Source: Patescibacteria group bacterium (lineage in GTDB: Bacteria; Patescibacteriota; Patescibacteriia; Veblenbacterales; UBA10138). Taken from it: a DNA stretch of 64,000 bases. Below the pieces are notes generated by a model. It was not told the origin of the DNA. It searched no databases and was given only the letters and a program-made list of their open reading frames with translations. The position numbers were made by a program, and so were the translations under genes. Every line of letters starts with the position of its first letter. The first letter of the stretch is position 1. The stretch spans positions 34,690 through 98,689 of the forward strand of contig JAHITT010000001.1 of the NCBI GenBank assembly GCA_018817715.1, written 5' to 3'. Positions 47,664 to 56,867 of the stretch are shown here, piece by piece.

Positions 47664-48473
47664 TTAGTTAACTATAATATATTGCAAAGTCGCAGCATTA
47701 GCTGGAGCTGCTGAACACTTTACCTGGAAACTAGTAGAAGCTGTTCTGGTATATACACCGCAGACGGCAGCTGTCGCGTTAGCGCCAACACTTACACCTA
47801 TGTAAGAGTTAGCAGTTACGCTGGCAGCATCAGCCGTAATAGTAAAATCAGTAGCTGTAGCGTCCGGCACCCAGCCAAAAGCATCATCAGCCAAATTTCC
47901 TTTAACTACCTTAGTTATAGCCGTACCGCCACCCAAGGTAGTAGTACCAGTAACAGCTAAAGTACTGCCCAAGGTTACGGCACCAGCTATATGCCCGCTG
48001 TCAGCCACGTATAAACCTTGGTCCCAATTGGTACCTTCCACGTAAATACCGTATTCCGTAGAAGCGGTAGCTGCCGCTTGATCATTTACATGCAAACCAT
48101 ATACCGGGTTTGTTCCATCACCCGTAACATTAGTTAAATCTATATAAGCACCCTTGTAAGCATCGGTTGCCGTAACCGCGGCGGCGGCCGACAAAGCCAA
48201 CAAAGTGCCAGTAGTCATAGTAGCAGGTGGAACAATTGTCACGTTTCCATTGGTACCATTAACGGTAAATTGAGAAGTATCAACAGTAATACCTCCGTTA
48301 GCCGCCAAAGCACCAGTTAAAGTACTAGCACCAGTAACAGCTAAGGTACCACCTGTAGAAACATTGGTACCAATAGTCGTAGCGGCATAAGCGCTACCGG
48401 CTACTAAAGTAAGCACCAACATAGTTATTGGCACTAAGTAGCGCCTGAATTTATTAGGGTTAAACATAAGCAA
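47664..48473 (-). CDS. Secreted Gly/Thr/Ala-rich beta-rich surface protein
   Basis: Signal peptide ending AYA|A. Internal TLAVTGASTLTGAL / TLAVTGTTTLGGG repeats. Confidence 0.45.
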   Translation of the reverse strand: MLMFNPNKFRRYLVPITMLVLTLVAGSAYAATTIGTNVSTGGTLAVTGASTLTGALAANGGITVDTSQFTVNGTNGNVTIVPPATMTTGTLLALSAAAAVTATDAYKGAYIDLTNVTGDGTNPVYGLHVNDQAAATASTEYGIYVEGTNWDQGLYVADSGHIAGAVTLGSTLAVTGTTTLGGGTAITKVVKGNLADDAFGWVPDATATDFTITADAASVTANSYIGVSVGANATAAVCGVYTRTASTSFQVKCSAAPANAATLQYIIVN

Positions 48474-48680
48474 ACAAATTTAATTATTAATGACAAATAT
48501 CAAATAACAAATCAATTGCTAAATGATTAATGTCAAATTTATAAAACTATTGTTATCAGCCAACCGGTTTAGGCAAATAACAAAATATTTTGTTTTTATT
48601 TTTTTACTGTTTGTTAACTAAACAGTCCGACCTTACCCTGTTTAATTTACTTACAGCGAATTTTTAAATTAAGGCTTATA

Positions 48681-48707
48681 AAAACAAAAAACCCAAAAAA
48701 TGGGTTC
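48681..48707 (-). terminator. Intrinsic terminator of the TPR gene
   Basis: Minus-strand GAACCCAUUUUUUGGGUU followed by UUUUGUUUUU. Confidence 0.5.
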
Positions 48708-48940
48708 TAATAAACTACTGGGTCGCCAAAGCGATCCGCAAATATAATGCTATTTTGTAACCTAACTACAGGTTCAAAAAACATTTGACTTAGCCTTAAT
48801 TACTCCTTGGTTATTGCCTTCCCAATAACCACTAGCCTCCTTAGGCTATGATACTATTATATACAAAAGTCAAAACAACGCAACTAAAATAACTTTGTAA
48901 AACAAAAAGCTTTTACAAACCGCGAATAAAAAAGTATTCA

Positions 48941-49660
48941 CTACCTAATTTTTCCAGTTAATCTAGCTAATTCTTGACTGGCAATTTGGTCTTTATTATT
49001 TTTTGAAATTATAAAACGATACTCCAAAATAGCATCTTGGATACTGCCAATATTTTCCAAATACCTGGCAAAAGAATGATGTAAATCTAAATTATGATCC
49101 GTAGCTAAAAAAGATTTATTATACAATTCTCTTATTGCTCCTTGATTAGAACCTAATCTATATCTATTAAGCTCAATTAATTTAGACCAATTTATAACCA
49201 TAGTTGGCTCTATCTCTGTGGCTTTTTTTAAAGCTTGTTTAGCTAATTCATAGTCCCCAACTTGTTCATAAAGTGAACCTAAATTACTCCACGGGACAGA
49301 AATAAAAGGGTTTTGTTGAGAAGCCCATAAATAAGACTGCCTAGCCTTGTCTAATAATCCTAAACTTTCATAATTAATTCCTAATAATAAATACGACTCA
49401 GATAAATTAACTCCTTGCTGACTAGAAAAATCATTCAATTTTTTTTGCAGTGTTTTAATTTGTTCTGTTATACCTTGTCTTTCTTGTTCTGATAAATTAA
49501 CTTCTATATTATTTATACTGCTGTCAAAAATTAAATCTACTGAATTATTAAACGAACTTACTTTTACTTGTTCCGCTGGGTTAAAATAAATAAAAATAGC
49601 AGTAGTCAACACCAAACTGATTGATATTAATATAAAAATTTTAAATTTACTTTCCAACAT
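48941..49660 (-). CDS. TPR-repeat protein with N-terminal TM anchor
   Basis: TM helix, then TPR-like repeats (LGINYESLGLLDKARQSYLWA..., LGSLYEQVGDYELAKQALKKA...). Confidence 0.55.
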   Translation of the reverse strand: MLESKFKIFILISISLVLTTAIFIYFNPAEQVKVSSFNNSVDLIFDSSINNIEVNLSEQERQGITEQIKTLQKKLNDFSSQQGVNLSESYLLLGINYESLGLLDKARQSYLWASQQNPFISVPWSNLGSLYEQVGDYELAKQALKKATEIEPTMVINWSKLIELNRYRLGSNQGAIRELYNKSFLATDHNLDLHHSFARYLENIGSIQDAILEYRFIISKNNKDQIASQELARLTGKIR

Positions 49661-49696
49661 ATATAAAATTATAGCAAATACAAAAATTTAAACAAT

Positions 49697-49728
49697 AAAA
49701 CAACCCCCACTTAAGTGGGGGTTGTTTT
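49697..49728 (-). terminator. Intrinsic terminator of the 1213-aa surface protein gene
   Basis: AAAACAACCCCC-acttaagt-GGGGGTTGTTTT, 12-bp stem, T-rich flank on the minus strand. Confidence 0.6.
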
Positions 49729-49789
49729 GTCAAATTGTCGTTTTAACCTTTTTGGTAAAACAGCAAATGACTTTTAACTATTACTAACT

Positions 49790-52700
49790 TTATTGCTTGG
49801 ACATAGTACCCAAGGTTGGCTTACCATCAACGTACAACGAAGTAATCGTGTCGGCGAGGTCACCATCCTGAGTGCCATCATAACCCAAACCAGCTTCAGT
49901 TACGCTGTATTTGAGATCGCCCAAGCTAGCTACAGACAACGCAAAGCTGTCACCAGAAACAACGCTAGTAGCGGTGCTTAAGGTCACGGTCAAATAGCGG
50001 TAAGCTCCGCCATTAATCGCGGTAGAAGCAGTAAGAGCAGCGAAATCAAGAGTATCAGTAGCGCTAACTTCCAAAGAATTGGTAGTATAGTCGCCTGAAT
50101 TCTCACTTGAAGCATAAATAGTGTAACGAGCATCTGTACCAGTGTGGGTACCGCTGTCGGTGAATTTGACATTGGTCAAAGTAATTTGAGCATTGCCATT
50201 GTTCTGAACCTTAAAGCGGCCAATAGCCGTACCAGCAACCACAGTCTGGGTAACGCTGGAAGTAGGCTCAAAGGCAGATACCACTACACCAAACGGAACA
50301 ATGCGAGTAACAGCACCAGAGGCATTAAGATTACCACCGGTATAAGTACCAGGAGCAGCCGAGCTAGTAATACCCTTGGCTATCACATTGGTACCATCTA
50401 CATTCAAATGCATGTAGAAATCATTACCCAACTTGGCAATACCTTCGGAACCAATGTCAGCTTTGACATAAATAGTTACTGGGGTACCAGGTTGAATAGC
50501 GGCAGACAATAGATTGTCAGTCGCGGTCCAAGTGTTAGAACAGGCATTGCTAGAACAGGTTGTAAACTGGCTAGTTGTAGCAAACGGAGTGGCAGAGATT
50601 GTACCATTACCAATCTGTTCGTACAACTTAATGTTACGGACATTGTTCTGAGTCAAAGCTGTACCAGCAGCTTCTAACTTAAGAGTGGTAATCTTCTGAG
50701 CTTCATACTGGGTGGTAAACCTTACAGCCAAGAAGGTGGAATTGGCAGTGCCAACATTGAACACCTGGGCAACTGAAGGAGTAGCACCGGAACCAGTTAC
50801 TAAGGAACCAGTCAAAGTACCACCACTAACTAAGGTCATAGCCTGACCAGAGCCATTAATGGTGACATTAGAGGTACCAATAGTATTACCAGTGTCTTTA
50901 CCGTTAGCTGACACATGAGAAGTGGAGTTAACGTTAAAGGTATGAGTAGAAGTAGAACCAGCTGTACCAGCAATCCAATCACCTTTTAAGGTTAAGATTA
51001 CCGGAGTAGACTGCGTAACCAAAATTGGAGTGGTGAAATTGAAAGCTACAGTAGCAGCATTAGTGGAAGTAGAAGAAGAAGTCTGCAAAGAATTGCCTTG
51101 ACTGTCATACATGACGAGGTTAGCCACGTCAGTATAAGCAGCACCAGCACCCTTAGTATCGGTTACAGTCAAAGAAGTAACGCGAACAGATTCTCCAGAA
51201 TTTTGAGCATTTAACTCAAACTTAGCAAATTCCACATTGTTGGTGTTAAGAACCATTGAACCAGCTACCGGCGTAGACAAAGTGTTTACAGTAACGGCAG
51301 CGGCTTTAACAGAACGAGTGTTGCTATCAGTCGCAGTAATGGACGGATCAACAATATCGTTGGTAATTAACCTCTTAACAGAAGTGACATCAAAGTCATT
51401 AACGAAGTAAGCATCTGAACTGGTAGCACTAGAGCTAATGGAAGCAGATACAGTAATGTAGCTCATAACACCAGCCTTAATTATTGGGTAACTGGAAAGG
51501 CTTCTAGAAGAAGCGGTACCATTCACTGGGAAATTAGTGGTGTTGGCGGCGGCACTGTAAACAGTGTTGCCATCCACTTTGACATAGACAGTGCCAGTCA
51601 AAGCAATTGAGCTAGTGTCCTGATCCAAACCAAAACTGATAGCGCGCAATTCCATATCTTCGCCAGTAGACTTAATGTAGTACTTACCAATAACTACATC
51701 AGAAGCACCTGGGGTAACAGCATCAGACGGAGAGTCTGAAGCGCGACCAAAGATAGCGGAACCAGAACCGATAGTTACCTTGTTGTAATTGGTGGCATCA
51801 CCAATTGGGAAGGAAGTATCGTTACTGCCAGCACCTGGCAATAAACCAGCGCCACTGGATAAACCGCGAATATCCAAATCATAGTTTTCGTAAACTACAA
51901 ATTGAATAGTACGGCTAGCACCATCAATAATCTTAGTGCGGATAGTAAAGTCTTTAGTCTGACCTTTATCAATCAAGTAAGGATTGGTAGAAAGATCAAA
52001 CATAACATACTGACCAGAAGGCTGGGCAGTAGCTAAAACAGTGCCATCCTGAGAAACCAATTGAACATCTTTATAATCCGAAGAAGCGGAGGCATTACCA
52101 TTGTTCCACAAGTTCAAACCGTAAACTTTTACAGCTTCGTTGCTGGTAGTTTCGGCAATGCGGAACTTAGCAATATCCTGTGAGCTCTCTGAATCAACAT
52201 TCAAAGTAACGCCACTGGCGTTAATTGGTTGAGCATCCAAGGTGACAGTAGCCAAAGAGCTAGAACCATCTACGGTTGTCATAGTATTACCCATGGCTGG
52301 GAAAGTACCAGATACAGTAGCGGTAGAAGCTGTGCTTACGTCAGAAGCAGATTTGACAGAGAAGTCCAAGGTTCCGGAGTTAGCAGAACTGGACAAGTTG
52401 ATCTTAATAATAGCGAAAGTGGTAGAACCAGTAGACACTACGATAGGATCATTCACGAAGGTCAAAGTAGCTACACCGTCAGAACCCAAAGTGGTAACTA
52501 CGTTGCCATGGCGCTTGCCAGCAGCATCATAGACGGCCACACCAGTAATATTGGTGTTACCAGTATAACCACCCTTGGTTACTTTAAGTCCAGTCACACT
52601 GACTGGGCCATCATTACCAGCGGTGAAATTTAACTTCAACACAGCGTTATTGGCACTACCATCAGCCAAAGTGGCAGAAGCTGGAGTGTCGGAAGCCAAA

Positions 52701-53431
52701 GCTACAGACAAACCAGTACCCTGACCTGGAACATAAGATCCGGTAGAACTACCAGCTACGTTAGTAACTGTAGCTTCTTTGCCAGTCAAAGAAGTACCAT
52801 CAGAGTAAGTAACATCGGTAACAACTGCATTAGCAGTGTTTATCATGTTAGCAGCCAAAGCAGCATCAGAAGCGAAAGGCCTCTTTTTGCCATCTTCAAC
52901 CAAGTAATAAGTGGAAGAACCACTGTACTTAATCAAAGTACCGTTAACATGCATATCGGAAGAAATGGCGGAGCCAGTCTTGTAGTTAACAAAGAAAGCA
53001 TCCGACACATCCACGATCATTTTGTTCCAATTGGAACCGTATAACTTAAGGGCGCGAGCTTCGCTGTCAATACCATGCAAAGTGCCGCCGTGAGAGATAG
53101 CGTAGACTTTAGGGTCAGTCGTTATCTTAACGAGCTTGGTACCTGGACGAATAGTGACGTTGCCACCAATCGCATAGGTCTGAAGCTCAGAAGCAGGAAT
53201 AGTCTTCACACCCGAAAAGTCCTTATACCAGGACATGTAAGTAGCTTCGTTCGGGAAGACATACCTCTTAGAACCATCAAAGTAATAGACAGCGGAATTA
53301 CCAGCCATCTTAATGAGGTCGCCGGCTGAAGCCGCAGCGCTGACACCTAAAGGAGCCAAGCTAACGCCTACAGACCAGAGAACAGTCATTACTGTTACCC
53401 CGATAGTGAGGAATTTTTTCAAATTAGACAT
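49790..53431 (-). CDS. Giant (1213 aa) secreted Ser/Thr/Gly/Ala-rich cell-surface protein (S-layer-like/adhesin-like)
   Basis: Signal peptide (…AAASAG). Low-complexity beta-rich Ig-like composition with repeated VT/TV motifs. Strong terminator. Long structured 5' leader. Confidence 0.55.
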   Translation of the reverse strand: MSNLKKFLTIGVTVMTVLWSVGVSLAPLGVSAAASAGDLIKMAGNSAVYYFDGSKRYVFPNEATYMSWYKDFSGVKTIPASELQTYAIGGNVTIRPGTKLVKITTDPKVYAISHGGTLHGIDSEARALKLYGSNWNKMIVDVSDAFFVNYKTGSAISSDMHVNGTLIKYSGSSTYYLVEDGKKRPFASDAALAANMINTANAVVTDVTYSDGTSLTGKEATVTNVAGSSTGSYVPGQGTGLSVALASDTPASATLADGSANNAVLKLNFTAGNDGPVSVTGLKVTKGGYTGNTNITGVAVYDAAGKRHGNVVTTLGSDGVATLTFVNDPIVVSTGSTTFAIIKINLSSSANSGTLDFSVKSASDVSTASTATVSGTFPAMGNTMTTVDGSSSLATVTLDAQPINASGVTLNVDSESSQDIAKFRIAETTSNEAVKVYGLNLWNNGNASASSDYKDVQLVSQDGTVLATAQPSGQYVMFDLSTNPYLIDKGQTKDFTIRTKIIDGASRTIQFVVYENYDLDIRGLSSGAGLLPGAGSNDTSFPIGDATNYNKVTIGSGSAIFGRASDSPSDAVTPGASDVVIGKYYIKSTGEDMELRAISFGLDQDTSSIALTGTVYVKVDGNTVYSAAANTTNFPVNGTASSRSLSSYPIIKAGVMSYITVSASISSSATSSDAYFVNDFDVTSVKRLITNDIVDPSITATDSNTRSVKAAAVTVNTLSTPVAGSMVLNTNNVEFAKFELNAQNSGESVRVTSLTVTDTKGAGAAYTDVANLVMYDSQGNSLQTSSSTSTNAATVAFNFTTPILVTQSTPVILTLKGDWIAGTAGSTSTHTFNVNSTSHVSANGKDTGNTIGTSNVTINGSGQAMTLVSGGTLTGSLVTGSGATPSVAQVFNVGTANSTFLAVRFTTQYEAQKITTLKLEAAGTALTQNNVRNIKLYEQIGNGTISATPFATTSQFTTCSSNACSNTWTATDNLLSAAIQPGTPVTIYVKADIGSEGIAKLGNDFYMHLNVDGTNVIAKGITSSAAPGTYTGGNLNASGAVTRIVPFGVVVSAFEPTSSVTQTVVAGTAIGRFKVQNNGNAQITLTNVKFTDSGTHTGTDARYTIYASSENSGDYTTNSLEVSATDTLDFAALTASTAINGGAYRYLTVTLSTATSVVSGDSFALSVASLGDLKYSVTEAGLGYDGTQDGDLADTITSLYVDGKPTLGTMSKQ

Positions 53432-53482
53432 TTATATTAATCCTTTATGAATAAGAACAGTATTTATCTCTATTAACCTAAT

Positions 53483-53552
53483 GTCATTCTGAACGTTAGT
53501 GAAGAATCTCATTGTTGCGATCCTTCCCCCACGGACGCGGGGTCAGGATGAC
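53483..53552 (-). promoter_or_regulatory. 5'-leader hairpin of the surface-protein gene (GTCATTCTGA...TCAGGATGAC)
   Basis: 10-bp stem with about 50-nt loop, 52-121 nt upstream of the ATG. Contains family-B motifs GTCATYCTGA and CCGCGTCCGTGGG. Confidence 0.4.
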
Positions 53553-54189
53553 GGGAATAATAAAGACCTAATCTATTTTCTTATTCAATTTTTAAGTTAT
53601 GGAACTCATCCTTGCCTTATCCCCTGTTTTAAATCAACATGGGGCGGCTCGACCTTTGCGCTACTTATTAGAATTTAAATTTTAATAAGTATACGAAGTA
53701 GGATTATCCGAACACGTGTTCTAAAAACAAATTAATAAATTAATATTAAGGTTCGATTACTAGTAGCAAGTTTTAGCTGTTAAAGCGTCTTTAATGTTAG
53801 TTATTCCTTAGCCGGCAGAGTAAAAGACATTTCAAGTCAAGCCGCCCATGGGTGGAAGAAGAGAAAGCAATATCAAATTTCCTTTTGCCCATTCGCCGAA
53901 GCGAAAAAAAAGAAAATCCATCTTTGCTAATCCCGTCCAACCTTGTGTCTTTAGAATCCACCAAAGGTGAACCTAAAGGACGGGTTAAACCCAGCCAGAC
54001 AAAAAAGTCTGTTTACCCACTGGAGGTTTAAAAAACATTTAACAGGCGCGGTGTAGCTTTTATCTTAACCACTAGTCCTTACCTATAATTAGTTTACAAT
54101 TTGTAAAAGAACTCGCGGGGAGTCACTAGACTCCGTCACCAAGGCAAATATATGTAAATATTGGCCGCAACGACAGAGAAATGACGATA

Positions 54190-54279
54190 CTATTTTAATT
54201 TCAAATTACAAAGGTCAAATTTAAACCCTAAATCTTAAAATTTAAATCCTAAATAAATCCCAAATCACAATTTCCAAAC
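54190..54279. repeat. AT-rich repeat arm (TAAATCCTAAAT core) 3' of the four-helix-bundle gene
   Basis: Inverted relative to the 54649-54745 arm (…ATTAGGATTTGAGATTTT). Confidence 0.35.
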
Positions 54280-54648
54280 TTACTTATCTTTTAACATCTC
54301 TTTGTTTTTAAGCTTAATTATTATGGAGTTAAAGATTAAGTTTAATTCCTTAGCTTCTTGCCATAATTTGCGAGCCGACTCCTTAACCTTTGGTTCGGCT
54401 TCCACCAACATTCTTAACCAGTGTTTAGTTTCACGAGCCTCTTTTTTACATATACCAAGCTTATGGATTAAATCTTTTTTAGACTCAGCATCATCTGCTT
54501 CACAAAAATTAGCTCCGATACTAGTAGCCGACCTTATTAATTGACTTATAATAGGTCTAATAACGGTATTATTGGACAAAGTTTTAACAAACTTTATAAC
54601 AGCTATACCAAAGGTAGCTGTCCTGTTTTCTAAATCATACCTTGGCAT
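54280..54648 (-). CDS. Four-helix-bundle protein (TIGR02436; formerly 23S rRNA intervening-sequence protein)
   Basis: SIGANFCEADDAESKKDLIHKLGICKKEARETKHWLRML matches the family hallmark (SIxxNIAEG...KxDFxxKLxIAxKEAxETxYWL). Confidence 0.7.
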   Translation of the reverse strand: MPRYDLENRTATFGIAVIKFVKTLSNNTVIRPIISQLIRSATSIGANFCEADDAESKKDLIHKLGICKKEARETKHWLRMLVEAEPKVKESARKLWQEAKELNLIFNSIIIKLKNKEMLKDK

Positions 54649-54745
54649 TTTGGGTATTATTTAAGATTTAGAAATTAGGATTTGAGATTTTATTAAATTG
54701 TTAAACCCCTCCATAGGTTTATTTGTTAATTATTAATTTGTAATT
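54649..54745. repeat. AT-rich repeat arm 5' of the four-helix-bundle gene
   Basis: TTTAGAAATTAGGATTTGAGATTTT is the inverse of the 54.2 kb arm motif. Confidence 0.35.
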
Positions 54746-55816
54746 TTATTTTAATTCCACTGTCTCACCTTCGGTTTTTAAGTCCTTAGTATTAGGCTGA
54801 TTAGTTAACGGCTCGGCGGGTTTTTCTGTTTGAACGCCTTCTACCTTACTTTCAGGCTGTTCTGTACTATCTATTACCTCTTCTGCTTTATTGGTTATTT
54901 CTTCACCTTCTTGAACTTTTTGCAAAGCTAAGGTGTAAAATTTCTTTTCTATTAATTCCCTAGCCTCATTTAAACTGGCCTTGGCTTGTTTAGAAGCTTC
55001 TTTAACTGGTACCACGGTTTTTTTGGATTCAATAACAACTTTTAAAGGCTTAGTCTGAGGCAATCTAATAATTCTACCGTCCACGCCGTCTAATTTAGCT
55101 TCGGCTTTAGTAATTTGTGATTGCAAACGATTAGCCAAAACCTGGCCGTCGTTCTCGGGGGCGCCAAAGTTTACTAATAAAGCTAAAGAACTGTCGGATA
55201 ATTTTTCCGTAACCTTAATAGCCGCCTTATAACCAGCTTCTTCGCCAACCTTATCTTTTAAATTAATTAATTGTTGAGCCAAGCGCTGGCTAGCCGAATC
55301 GTACAAAGCCACCAAATTAGCTTCTTGGCCGGCGGCCTGTAAACTAGCCTGAGCAAAACCAACACTAATATTATAGTCCCGTAACAAATTAGCTTGATCG
55401 GCTGGCTGGCCGGCCAATTTATTTATTTCTACCAAACGTTGATTAGCTAAATCCAAATAATATAAACCGCGGCTTAAAGGATTAGTTTGAAAAGACAACT
55501 GAACTTTTTCGGCTAAACGTTTAACACTGTATAAAGTTTGGCCGGGTAAGCTTTGGTTAGTAGCGCGAGCTACCGGCACTGTTCCACCAATTAACAAAAA
55601 TACAGCCGCTACAATCGGCGCCAAACGAAAAGGCGCTACCACTAAACGGGTTTCCTTGGCCCACAACCAAACGCGTTCCTTAAAACTATAAGCCGAAGTT
55701 TTTTCTTGAGCTACTGTATTAAGTAACGTTTGTCTTAATTCCTGACGCCACAAAACTGGAGCCTGCTTAAGGTTCTGTAGTTCTTTTATTTGATTTAACA
55801 AATGGCGATCAGACAT
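54746..55816 (-). CDS. Membrane-spanning anti-sigma-factor-like protein (single TM, DUF5667-like coiled-coil ectodomain)
   Basis: Immediately downstream of ECF sigma on the same strand. Cytoplasmic N-terminal region, one TM (PIVAAVFLLIGGTV), Ala/Gln-rich ectodomain. Confidence 0.4.
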   Translation of the reverse strand: MSDRHLLNQIKELQNLKQAPVLWRQELRQTLLNTVAQEKTSAYSFKERVWLWAKETRLVVAPFRLAPIVAAVFLLIGGTVPVARATNQSLPGQTLYSVKRLAEKVQLSFQTNPLSRGLYYLDLANQRLVEINKLAGQPADQANLLRDYNISVGFAQASLQAAGQEANLVALYDSASQRLAQQLINLKDKVGEEAGYKAAIKVTEKLSDSSLALLVNFGAPENDGQVLANRLQSQITKAEAKLDGVDGRIIRLPQTKPLKVVIESKKTVVPVKEASKQAKASLNEARELIEKKFYTLALQKVQEGEEITNKAEEVIDSTEQPESKVEGVQTEKPAEPLTNQPNTKDLKTEGETVELK

Positions 55817-55838
55817 GATATTAAAAATCCTAAATCTT

Positions 55839-55916
55839 AAATCATAATTTCTAAAATAATTTTGGGAATTGTGCTTTGGAAATTATTTAGGGTTTAGAAA
55901 TTAGAAATTATGATTT
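55839..55916. repeat. About 78-nt nested near-perfect palindrome between the sigma and anti-sigma genes
   Basis: AAATCATAATTTCTAA (55839-55854) pairs with TTAGAAATTATGATTT (55901-55916); inner CTAAAATAATTTT pairs with AAATTATTTAG. Carries the AAATCCTAAAT family core. Confidence 0.45.
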
Positions 55917-55918
55917 TG

Positions 55919-56464
55919 CTACCCTATTATCTTCTTAAGTTCTTGCAAAGCCCGATGGATTATTACTCTGGTGGCGGCTGGAGTTTTGCCAATAATTTTA
56001 GCAATCTCCTTAGGCTTAAAACCTTCCACGTGAGCTAGCACTATAACCTCCTGCCAAGCTGGTTTTAATTTTTTAATAGCAACTTCTATTTCACTTAAGC
56101 TAACTTGTTGTTGAGGAGATAAGTAGCGACTACCACCCGCTTCGTCACTTACTTGAATAGCTTCATCCAAAGGCAATTCTTCTTGACGCTCGCGATAATA
56201 ATCTACTACTAAGTTACGAGCCATACGGTATAAAAAAGCTCGCAGATTATCCACTTGATTATTATTGTTGCGTAAATGCTGCCACAGTTTTAAAAATAAC
56301 TCGGCTACTATATCCTGGGCTTGCTCTTTGGTTTTTACCCGGAACAAGATAAAGCGGAACAAAGCGTCCACATACTTATCGTATACTCGGGCAAAAGCCT
56401 CTTCGTCACCGTGCCTTATTTTAAAAAGCAGAATTTCTTCTTCAATCCTGCGTGATACTTGCAT
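55919..56464 (-). CDS. ECF (sigma-24-type) RNA polymerase sigma factor
   Basis: Region 2 (…ELFLKLWQHL…VVDYYRER) and region 4 HTH (VIVLAHVEGFKPKEIAKIIGKTPAATRVIIHRA). Confidence 0.8.
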   Translation of the reverse strand: MQVSRRIEEEILLFKIRHGDEEAFARVYDKYVDALFRFILFRVKTKEQAQDIVAELFLKLWQHLRNNNNQVDNLRAFLYRMARNLVVDYYRERQEELPLDEAIQVSDEAGGSRYLSPQQQVSLSEIEVAIKKLKPAWQEVIVLAHVEGFKPKEIAKIIGKTPAATRVIIHRALQELKKIIG

Positions 56465-56648
56465 ATATTATAGACGTAATTTATTACCAAACGTTACAGT
56501 TAATAAGCCGTACTGTACCCCAAAGCAAGCAAAAAAGCAAGCCTTTGGAATACAACTTTGTCTTAAGCTTTACAGCTACCTATAGTCTACAAATTATTAA
56601 TTTTCTTAATTATTATACCCATAAAATACCGAGTTCTTAAACCAATAG

Positions 56649-56742
56649 CTTAAGGTAGCAGACAAAGTTGTTATACAGGGCAAGCTTTAAAGGCTTTGCT
56701 AAATACTACGTTAACCTAACCTTAAGGTAACAGTTGTTAACA
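56649..56742. promoter_or_regulatory. Direct repeats CTTAAGGTA(G/A)CAG...GTTGTTA x2 upstream of the ECF sigma gene
   Basis: Copies at 56649-56675 and 56721-56742. Confidence 0.3.
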
Positions 56743-56867
56743 TATAATTTGGTTTATTTTAGCTAATTAATCATAAAAATATGGATGAAGCACCCTTAAA
56801 AATTAAATTTTAAGCTTCTTTTGCAAAATCCACCATAACCCCCTCCTTCGCTTTTAAGCTACGGAGA

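Noticed and set aside
48700-48800. Plus-strand TTGACT -35-like hexamer, paired hairpins and a 25-aa minus-strand mini-ORF in the 48.5-48.9 kb intergenic region
   Set aside because: No properly spaced -10 partner or downstream gene on the plus strand. The mini-ORF's SD is 18 nt away. Hairpins are explained as the TPR-gene terminator region. Not enough to call an sRNA or gene.
1700-52633. Numerous track ORFs antisense to or nested within well-supported genes (e.g. 1700..2044, 2607..2876, 4620..5042, 6193..6495, 7189..7416, 18840..19122, 21589..21807, 23119..23373, 42828..43070, 46704..47213, 50144..50512, 52229..52633)
   Set aside because: They lie opposite strongly supported genes (murD, mraY, pilB, pilC, pyrG, ctpA, murA, S8 protease, surface proteins). 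They have low-complexity translations and no SDs. Treated as shadow ORFs.
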